DNA of 49,646 nt, counting the filler, from Bipalium vagum (lineage: Eukaryota): NCBI GenBank assembly GCA_037834085.1. It is 2 parts of 2 records of this genome, joined end to end, with 100 filler letters (N's around TTAATTAATTAA, not from the genome) between each part and the next. Parts side by side here need not be neighbours in the genome. Positions count along the whole stretch, not along the records: positions 1 to 19,539 come from JBBMKC010000650.1; positions 19,640 to 49,646 come from JBBMKC010008584.1. One strand, given 5' to 3'. Shown one piece after another: positions 13,497 to 22,140 of the stretch (position 1 is the stretch's first letter; every line of letters begins with the position of its first letter). The position numbers and the translations under genes were made by a program. Under the pieces are notes generated by a model. It saw nothing but the letters and a program-made list of their open reading frames with translations, had not been told where the DNA came from and made no database searches.

Positions 13497-13547
13497 TCAG
13501 GGTTAAAAAGCTAAAACAATCATTATCAAGATACAAAATTTCATCAA
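13497..13547 (-). ncRNA. SNORD36: Box C/D snoRNA, U36/SNORD36/snR47-like (18S Am guide), copy 1
   Basis: TTGATGA (box C) ... AGCTTTTTAACC-CTGA (box D). The guide is complementary to conserved 18S GUUAAAAAGCU and has the same 3' end as recalled U36 (GAGCTTTTTAACCCTGA). Box D lies 60 nt from the 3' splice site. Confidence 0.85.
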
Positions 13548-13698
13548 TAATATATATGTGTATATATGTATAAGTGTAAGTTTTGAAAAACATACCTCAG
13601 AATTTTTTTAACCAATTTGTCGTGCTCTTTTCCTAAAAAGAAAAGTTTCAAATAATATACTTAAATATTATGATAATTTTATCATTTTAATCATTTAA

Positions 13699-13748
13699 TC
13701 AGATTATATTTTTCATCAACTGAGCAGACAGGGATAACGATTCATCAT
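13699..13748 (-). ncRNA. SNORD1: Box C/D snoRNA, snR38/SNORD1-like (28S Gm guide), copy 1
   Basis: ATGATGA-ATC-GTTATCCCTGT-CTGC(D')-TCAG-TTGATGA(C')-AAAATATAAT-CTGA(D). The guide is complementary to 28S ACAGGGAUAAC. Confidence 0.85.
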
Positions 13749-13909
13749 TTTTTTCGTATTACATGAAATTGGTATCAAAAGTAAGCTTACCCTTTGGTGT
13801 TTGTATTACTGTAATTTGGAATTTTGACGAAATTGATGTTCAGTCTGGAAAATTAAATGAAAATTAATATGGCAACACTTTAATTGATAATCACTCAAGA
13901 AATGAGAAT

Positions 13910-13960
13910 TCAGGGTTAAAAAGCTTTAACTCTCATTTTCAAGTGTAATAATTTCGTCCT
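13910..13960 (-). ncRNA. SNORD36: Box C/D snoRNA, U36/snR47-like, copy 2
   Basis: AGGACGA (degenerate box C) ... TTGA(D') AA ATGAGA ... AGCTTTTTAACC-CTGA. Box D lies 65 nt from the 3' splice site. Confidence 0.75.
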
Positions 13961-14097
13961 TTTAATAATTGGTTAATAAATTAACAGCTACTCACCAAAA
14001 ACTATTGAGAACTTTGTCATTTTTGAGATATACCTAGAAATAATAATCAAAGTTAACTTAATAGCGCACTTTTCTTTATAATGAAAGATCATGAAAA

Positions 14098-14147
14098 TCA
14101 GAACAAAAATCACATCATCTTATCAGACAGGGATAACGATTCATCAT
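14098..14147 (-). ncRNA. SNORD1: Box C/D snoRNA, snR38/SNORD1-like, copy 2 (best consensus)
   Basis: ATGATGAATCGTTATCCCTGTCTGATAAGATGATGTGATTTTTGTTCTGA has perfect C, D' and D boxes and an 11-nt 28S antisense element. Box D lies 64 nt from the 3' splice site. Confidence 0.9.
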
Positions 14148-14272
14148 TTTTAATCATATTCGTATTACAATACAACTTACAATTTTTACAGGAACTGTGG
14201 CTTTTTACCTAAATAAAAATATCTAATTATATCGAAAATATCATATCAAATATTAATATTTAAATAAACAAT

Positions 14273-14324
14273 TCAGTGTTAAAAAGCTTTAACTCTCATT
14301 ATCAAGTTATGTATTTTTCATCCT
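14273..14324 (-). ncRNA. SNORD36: Box C/D snoRNA, U36/snR47-like, copy 3
   Basis: AGGATGA(C)-AAAATACATAAC-TTGA(D')-TA-ATGAGA-GTTAA-AGCTTTTTAACA-CTGA(D). Confidence 0.8.
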
Positions 14325-14499
14325 TTATACATACATAAATATAATACATATATTAATATTAAAAGGACATACTTTTGATGACTGCTGCATTAATTGCTTA
14401 TTCCAAAAAGTTTTCTGTGTAACCAGTTCCATTATTCTTCAGGTCCTATAAAAATATGATGATAAGTATTATTAAAAATAATGGACTAGATAAAACTTT

Positions 14500-14549
14500 T
14501 CAGATTATTATCTTCATCAGCTAAACAGACAGGGATAACAATTCATCAT
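14500..14549 (-). ncRNA. SNORD1: Box C/D snoRNA, snR38/SNORD1-like, copy 3
   Basis: ATGATGAATTGTTATCCCTGTCTGTTTAGCTGATGAAGATAATAATCTGA; D' is CTGT. Confidence 0.8.
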
Positions 14550-14594
14550 AAAAATTAAATGATTATATTTAAAGTCTATATTGGATAAAACTTT

Positions 14595-14644
14595 TCAGAT
14601 TATTATCTTCATCATCTAAACAGACAGGGATAACAATTCATCAT
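14595..14644 (-). ncRNA. SNORD1: Box C/D snoRNA, snR38/SNORD1-like, copy 4 (recent ~95-bp tandem duplicate of copy 3)
   Basis: Differs from copy 3 at a single position between boxes C and D; the offset is 95 bp. Confidence 0.8.
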
Positions 14645-14799
14645 ATAAAATAAATGATTATATTTTAAAAGTCAGTAGACCAAAAAATATATTTAATCAT
14701 TATTTCTATTTATTAATCATTTCATTTCAAAACTGATAGAAATAAAAGCTATATTAATAACAAAAAGTTATCACAATAATTATTTAGTCATGTTTAAGA

Positions 14800-14853
14800 A
14801 CAAGACAATAATTTTAGCTCAACAGTGAGCAGACAGGGATAACAATTCATCAA
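14800..14853 (-). ncRNA. snR38/SNORD1-like copy 5, degenerate (no terminal box D)
   Basis: TTGATGAATTGTTATCCCTGTCTGC is retained, but there is no CTGA at the expected box D position. Confidence 0.55.
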
Positions 14854-15989
14854 AATATACTAATTATTAGTCTAATCATTAAGACAAGTTACCTTTTCAA
14901 AATATATTTCTCTAATGAAATGAAGATATTTAAACAACTTTATTTGAAAATTTAAATTAAGATTTAAATCCTAGTCTTAAATTTTAAAATAAGCTATATA
15001 TTTAAGAATGTGATTGTGATTGAAATCTCAAACTCTCATAAATAATGTCAAAAAGCTACTGAATATCTTTCGTTTAGTAGGATCTGCAGAATATTATAAA
15101 ATACAAAAAAATATTGCTTGTATCATGCAAGTTAAAAATTTCCTTTCTAAATTATTCCATATTCTAATTTTAGAAGTCAATTTTTTAATTTTAAGTGAAA
15201 TTTAATTTATTTAGTAATAAAATGATTAAAATTTTTATGGACTATTTTTTTTAAAAATTATTTGACGTTTTATCTGAACTGATTCTAGCAATTCAATAAC
15301 AATTTCCATTTTAATTTTTTAAACAATCTCTTGTTATTCTGGTAATAATGAAATTTTCACCTCTACTTCGGCCCTTCCTAATTCTGCGAGGTTCTGCGTT
15401 GCTTGAAGTAATTCTTTGTTTATTGGTCCCGTTGAGTTCGATAGGTCAATATAACTGTTTCCTGCTAATCTTGGCTGTCCAAAATGGTCAACTTACACTA
15501 GCAATATTATCGTTTCCTCATCCGCACAATCCATTCCACAATCCGTTAGGTACTTGTCATTATCAACTGATAAATGCTACAAAATATTATAATAATCCAT
15601 TAATGACCCATCGTCTGAATTGCTCTTTCCCTTACTGTTCTCATTCTCGCGCAATAGTTCAAACTGAACTTATGATCCATCCATCCAATCTTTTTCAGTT
15701 TGATTTTAATCGGTCGCTGATCTACTCCTCAGCCGCGTGTATCTTCCTTACCCTCTTACTAGAGCTCTCATTTCTGCTTGTGGAACTCCAGACACACATA
15801 CTAGCACACATACCAGTTCGTTCGTCAAAAACGTGTTTACCAAAGTAGTACTCTATGTGTCGAAAAAGAATAATTTTTTTTTCTTAAAAAAATAACTAAA
15901 AAAAATAATTTTAAAAATTTTAAAAATCAAAAAATTTAAAACTGAAAATATATAATTTTCTTTTGAAAAATTTCTACTCGAAACACTGC

Positions 15990-18900
15990 AAATTCCCTCA
16001 TCAATCTTGATGAATGGAAAGCTATAAAAAGTATTTTACCTTTTGAAGAATGTTCTTTTCCTGTCGATTTATTTCATGATGGTTACAATCTAAGATTTTT
16101 AAGTTTTGAAGGTAATAAAATAACTTATTTAAATTCTTATTATTATAAAAAATATTTGGAACAGTTTATCAATTTAAAATTTCTCCGAAGGATGTTACAG
16201 AAAAGACCATTACTAATTGTTTAAATCGTATTGTAGAAACTATAACAAATAATAATGATAATTACATAATGTATAATAATAAGCTAACACCTTTACATCC
16301 TTTAATTTATATAGGATATAGTTGTTTTCCTTTATGTAAAAAAGATGAAGTAGTAAATCAATTATTTACAAGATTAGAAAAAATTTTACAATCAGAACAA
16401 ACTTTAAATATTGAAGATGTAATTTTTGAATTTTTACTTTTACCAATACCTCAAGAAAAAGGAAAATAACTACAGTGCACAACGGTTACATCGAAGTTGT
16501 GGGGAACTCCAAAATACTTCGATGTAACCGATACTTCGATGTAAACGAAAAAAATTTTAAAAAATAACATTTTAAACTATTTATTTATGAAAATAGTCGA
16601 TTAAAGTTTTCTGAATTGGTCGAGATTGTAGTATATCATTTTCCACAAGTTCTTCTACCTGTGACATTGTCGATTTTATATTGGTAGAACCGTAAAAGTC
16701 TTTGTTGGACAAAAATTTTAAGACAACTCTCAAGTTTGTCATCGCTTCTTTACTTGTAACCTGGATATTTAATTTGCTACGATGTAACCGGACTTCGATG
16801 TAAGCGTAGTACGATGTAACCATTGTGCACTGTATATTAATTATAGTGGAAATAATTCTAAAAATTTAATATTAAAAAATTTTGCACAGATTTCTATTAA
16901 CATAATTCAAATTAATTATACAATCTGTTTAGCAAGATCAATAATAACTTCTTTAACATATGATAACTTTACGAACAAAAACTTTTTAAAATTTGGAGAA
17001 CGTGAATATAGAATTAGATATATTAGAAGAGGTGATCCAATACAAGAAGAATGGGCAATAAAATTACATAATATGGCTCAAGTAGAAATTAAAGAAACTG
17101 GAAATAATATTGATGATTTAAAACAATTTGAAATTTTTTACAGTAAGAATTATAGTTTATTCTCATAATGATAATCAAGTGATTCTATTTTATATAGAGG
17201 AAATGAACCATTTGAAAAACACACTTTTACTTATTATGATCAAAAAAATCATCATTTTATTTCAATTACAAAAATAACAGCTTTTTTATAATCATTAAAA
17301 TATTGTAATAAATGTTTAATTGGATTTAAAAATCACCATACACGTAAAATAGATAGCTTATAAAATAGTAAATAATAGTTAAATAGTAAAATAGTTAATC
17401 TTATAGATATAAAAAAGTTTGTAATATTTGTAATGAAGAATATTTTAATTAATATCAACAGAAGTGTGGTTATAAGAATTGTCCAATTTGTAATGAACAA
17501 TACAAATTTGTACAAAAATATTTATGTCTATGATAGCTAATGAAGAAATTGGAATACCGAGATTAATTAATTTTTAAGATATATATTCTTATAAATGTAT
17601 TAATTGATTAGAATATTTAAGTAAAATTGGTAATATAAAAATTCAACATGAAAAAGAGGAGGAGAAGAATCAATAAGAGCTAATAATAAAAAAATATAAA
17701 GTTGACGGATTTTATTATGACCAAACTTCTAAAACTTATTATATTTATAATTATAATGGTTGTTATTTTCATGGTTGTTTAAAATGTTATAATAAAGATG
17801 AAGTTTGTAAAAAGGAAATGAAACAATGGAAATTTTAAATAATCGTACTTTATAAAAAAAGAATAATATTATAAAACATTGTGAAGATATAAATTTAAAA
17901 TTAGAATTATAGAATTATGGGAATATGAATATGAAAAGCTTTTAGCAAATCCTGATTTTAAAAATTTTAAAATTGATCCAGAATTATCTAAACTAAAACC
18001 AAAAGAAGCATTTTATGGAGAAAGAACTCAACCTATTCAATTATATCATAAAAGTGAAACTGAAAAAATCAAATATGTAGATTTTGTATCTTTGTATCCA
18101 ACTGTAAATAAATACGATGAATATCCAATTGGACATCCTAGAAAAATATTTAATATTTCACCAGAAGAATATTTTAAAAATGGTGTCATTAGAAATAAAA
18201 CCATTTCTAATGACAAAGCTACGCATAATTACTTTGGAGTTATAAAATGTAAAATTTTACCACCAAGAAATTTACATTTACCAGTCTTACCTTATAAACA
18301 AGAAATAGGAAATGCTCACAAGTTATTATTTGGATTATGTAAAACATGTATGGAAAAAATAAATATTAATTGTAATCACTATGTTAAAAGCAGTTGTTGT
18401 CCAAATATCGAAATTCAAGATCATAAAATAAATAGATGCAAAATCTGTATAAATAATAAATATAACTTAATTCATTCAAAAAGAAATTGTAAAATTTGTT
18501 ATAATTTTAGAAATGAAAAATGTAATCATAATGATGAAGAAAGATCTTTAATAGGAACATGGTCAACTATTGAAATAGATAACGCAATTGAAAAAGGATA
18601 TAAAATTGTAAAATTTTATGAAATAGAACATTTTGAAAAAACTAAAAAATTATGTAAGTATATTTATGAAATATAAATTGAAAGCCTCTGGTTGTAAATG
18701 TAAATATCATTCTGAAAATTTTTCAACAGGTTGTGATAAACATTGAAACGAAGATTGTAAATATGATAATAATTGTAATACAAAAATTGAATTCGAAGCA
18801 GAAAATATTGCTTATGATTTAGATATTGATAATATTAAATTTAATGCTGGTTTAAAATTTATGGCTAAAATTTGTTTAGTTAGTTTATCGGGACATTTTG

Positions 18901-19090
18901 GAATGAGAGATGATTTTGAACAATGTTCATTTGTTTATAATTATATTGATATTTGTAAAATAATATTTGATGACAAAATTAAAGAACCAAACCCAATTAT
19001 TTTAAATGAAGAAGTTTGGATGATGAAATATCATATAAAAGAAGAATGAAAAAATCCAAATAAAACTAAAAATATTTATATAGCATTAAT
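15990..19090 (+). pseudogene. Polinton/Maverick protein-primed DNA polymerase B, frameshifted
   Basis: YKVDGF...YNGCYFHGCLKCY (endonuclease-like insert), PKEAFYGERT, KYVDFVSLYPTVNKYDEYPIGHP (motif A), FGVIKCKILPP..LPVLPY, ERSLIGTWSTIEI, NAGLKFMAKICLVSLSGHFG (degenerate motif B) and NIYIA. Truncated before motif C; the 5' boundary is approximate. Confidence 0.9.
16473..16832 (-). mobile_element. Pogo/Tigger-type internally deleted element (360 bp) inserted into the PolB relic
   Basis: TA TSD; TIRs CAGTGCACAACGGTTACATCG / CGATGTAACCATTGTGCACTG; subterminal CTTCGATGTAA repeats. The residual minus-strand ORF ends in QKTLIDYF (PIP-box-like C terminus). Confidence 0.88.
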
Positions 19091-19129
19091 AAATTATAAA
19101 TTTAATTATAAAATTATAATTTTTTTCTT

Positions 19130-19539
19130 GTTTTAAATCCTTTATTATTTTTGTTTCATCTTCTTTAATTTTATCAGGAATCCATCCAAATAATTCTCCA
19201 TCATTATTTTTATCAATCATTATAAAATTAGTTATAGAATTTGATGAACCTAATTTTTGAATAGTTTCAACTTCTGTTGATCCTAATTTTAAAGTTGCAT
19301 ATGAAAATAAATAAAGAAAAAAGTTATTTTGTAAAGTTATATTATCTTCTGGTTTTATTCCTTTTATTTCAATGTCATAAATAAAATATGCTTCATATAA
19401 ATTTAAACGATTTGTTTTTGGTGTTATTATAAATGTTAAATTTCCATTATCATTTAAATTTCTAATTGTTTCTGGATCTAAACTTACTTCATAATAATCT
19501 GTTTTTTCATATGCTGTTTTTCGATGATAGTAATTTTTA
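19130..19539 (-). pseudogene. Polinton major capsid protein (double jelly-roll) N-terminal fragment
   Basis: Minus-strand translation EDNITLQNNFFLYLFSYATLKLGSTEVETIQKLGSSNSITNF...GELFGW resembles the Polinton MCP L.NN...YLF....L....E.I..G pattern. It runs into the gap. Confidence 0.6.
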
Positions 19540-19639
19540 NNNNNNNNNNNNNNNNNNNNNNNNNNNNNNNNNNNNNNNNNNNNTTAATTAATTAANNNNN
19601 NNNNNNNNNNNNNNNNNNNNNNNNNNNNNNNNNNNNNNN
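19540..19639. other. 100-bp assembly gap with an artificial TTAATTAATTAA six-frame stop linker (19584-19595)
   Basis: Ns on both sides of a 12-mer that places stop codons in all frames. Confidence 0.95.
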
Positions 19640-21053
19640 TCTAACCTATATCAATAGAGTTAGCATTTTTATAATTTCGAGATTAGATCTCGCAGTAAGC
19701 GTCGAACCAAAGTAAACTCATACAAATTTGGCAACAGCCTTACATTTGGTCCAAACACTTACATACGACACAAAAATTTAAAAAGAATATAAAAAACACT
19801 AAAACACTAGAATGTTTTTAGATCATTTTATTGTTATTTATTGTTTTTTCGAGAAGAATTTGAAACTGAATTTGGGACCATGTCTGGGAGTCTCTACAAG
19901 TGATTAGAATAAACGTTTATCGTTATGAACAACACTCATCCTAAAAACGTAACATAAGTATTATACCAACCTAAAACATGATAATTATTTGTTGATTCAA
20001 AATTGTTGGGTTTACCCAAGACACTCCGGGGAAATAAAATCAAGGAAAATCATAAAAAGAGTATAGATGTTAAAAAAATAATCGTAATAATAATAATAAT
20101 TAAAATTAATTAACACTTGAATAACAATTAAAAATTTATAGATATTTTTAGTTTGAAAATACTTAGAAAATAAAACAACCCTCCAAAATTAATTTTTATT
20201 TTTAAAGAAGTCCAAAAGAGGTAATTTACAAATATTAATGGTATTAGAACATAATTTTTTAGGGAATTCTAGAGTTTTAATAATTTTTGAGAATTTTAAG
20301 ATTAATTTTGAGATTATTTCAAGAATAATATTCAGATGAAGATCATTTTCAGAAAAGTATATAAGCAGAGGGATTCTAGCATAATTTCACCCCTCAGAAA
20401 TCGTGATAAGCAGAAAAAGGATTACAGAGAATATTTTGAATACGAGAAGATTGATATTATTTCACGGAGACGTATTGGAAAAGCATCGATACCGCATTGG
20501 AAGACTATCGTTAACAGAGATCAGTCCAAAATTACGGAGGCAGACCCGTGCCCAAAGGATATTATCTTCAAAACCAAGTATTATTATGAATTCAGTATTC
20601 GGACTATGCTTAAAATTCCCCATCAGCGAGTTATCGGTGAGCAACCGTTTGGGCTCAGACGATAACTCGGGAGTTTTAGCAGAAGATAAATTGTAAGATC
20701 TTTCTATTTTTTTTCTGTGAACTTTATTTTCTTTTTACAAAAGTAATTATTAATTTAAAAGTAATATTTTGTTTTAATCGAACTTTAATATTTTGTTTTA
20801 ATTAAACCTTGATTATAATTGATTAGACATTATTGCTGAGACATTACATTTACTTCATTCTTTATAATTATTGTTATTGGGTTGTATTGTGTTTGTGAAA
20901 CATTTCAGATATTAATTGTGATCCCAGACTCTTGATTATCTTTCTGTATTTCGTGTATTTTTTAAGATTGTGTGATATAAATACAATTGATGCTTTACTG
21001 ATTGTTATTATTTGCATCACCTAAGAGTTGGAGTCAGATCTAAATTTGATACA
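19640..21053 (+). repeat. Dispersed repeat, possibly a solo LTR (copy A)
   Basis: 19640-19712 is similar to 36805-36877 (TCTAACCTAT..GTTAGCA..TTTCGAGA..ATCTCGCA.TAA.CGTC.AACCAAA). The 3' end CCTAAGAGTTGG..GATC..TTTGATACA resembles ~37526-37562 and finishes in CA. No pol domains are seen. Confidence 0.45.
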
Positions 21054-22140
21054 TTAAATAATGAACAAAATTTATAACATTATTGAATGTGTATTAATTT
21101 TGTCTACAATTAATATTATTGTAATTTAGTTTTCTAATATTACATTTTTCTCCATCAAAATACCCTAGCATGATTAAATTGATTTCCAAGTTTTCAGAAT
21201 ATATAATATTTCTTAATAAAGACCTTCAATAAGAATAACAGCAGGCAATTAATTTAATTTTTTCATGTTTTTATAATCATCAAATGAAAGAAATGTTTTT
21301 TATTTAATTATTATATTATTTATAAATTTATGAATGTCTTTATATTCTTTTTTTATTTTTATGATCTATTAATTTTTAACTAATTTAAAATATTTTATAT
21401 TTGAATTTTTTAATACAATTTACTATTTTGAGTAATTCAAGAAATAATAAAAAATTTTGTTAAACTTTTCATGTTTTAATTCAAGTTTCATTTCTATTTC
21501 TTCTTAATTTTTTTGTCAATCCTTAGGATTATATTGTAAGATTTCTCTTTCAATTTTAAATACTATAAAACTTTAAATAATTGTACATTTTTTTGACCAT
21601 AACCTTTAAAAAAATTTTTAAATGTAAATATTCAATGTCCATACACTATAAAAATCTTGAGTAATATTATGAATTAAATGTATTAGATGATATTATGAAA
21701 TATAATTAATATTGTTATTAATAAAAATTTTTGGAATCAAATAAGTTGCTTAGATGTAAATACTTTTTAGAAAATAAAAAATTAAAATATCATAACCTAA
21801 ACATCATAAATTTAAACAAAATCCAGAATAATGATATTTTAACCGAATTTCAATCGAATAAGACAAGCTGTTTTTAGATATTTATATCTTTTTTTAAAAA
21901 ATTATTATAATGAAACTTAATAAATTAAAACACTATCACAAAGCTTTTATATTTCAAGAATATTAATAAAACTTATGTAATAAAAAATTTAAGGAACATC
22001 TTTTTTAATCTGAAAATTACAATTTTCAAAAATTCTAGTTAAAAAACGAATCTCAATATACAAAAATAACATCAGTTGAAATCAAATCAAGAAAAATTTT
22101 CAAAGCAAGCTACAGAAACATCTTTTTATTAAAAACAAAA

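Larger units (their letters stand above)
13390..14930 (-). ncRNA. Non-coding snoRNA host gene (UHG/SNHG-like), 8 small exons and 7 snoRNA-bearing introns
   Basis: Minus-strand GT..AG introns at 14892-14733, 14680-14446, 14372-14209, 14180-14034, 13995-13845, 13790-13633, 13595-13437. Donors are GTAACT, GTCTAC (weak), GTATGT, GTAAGT, GTGAGT, GTAAGC, GTATGT, with pyrimidine-rich acceptors. Internal exons are 28-73 nt, and exon 14445-14373 has stops in all three frames. Transcript ends are approximate. Confidence 0.8.
10915..19539. mobile_element. Decayed Polinton/Maverick (adintovirus-like) region, truncated by an assembly gap
   Basis: Co-located relics of PLA2, c-integrase, pX-like peptide, protein-primed PolB (+) and major capsid protein (-). 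Whether these belong to one element is not established. Confidence 0.75.

Noticed and set aside
13497-14853. CRISPR-like array, SECIS elements or I-SceI-like sites as explanations for the interspersed repeats
   Set aside because: The context is eukaryotic with no cas genes, irregular spacing and two repeat types. The helix is too short for SECIS and there is no selenoprotein ORF. C/D boxes, rRNA complementarity and intron placement explain the repeats fully.
19584-19595. Palindromic TTAATTAATTAA island
   Set aside because: Artificial scaffolding linker inside an N gap.
20336-20696. Overlapping ORFs of 109 and 97 aa
   Set aside because: No recognisable domain; they lie within a dispersed, possibly LTR-like repeat.
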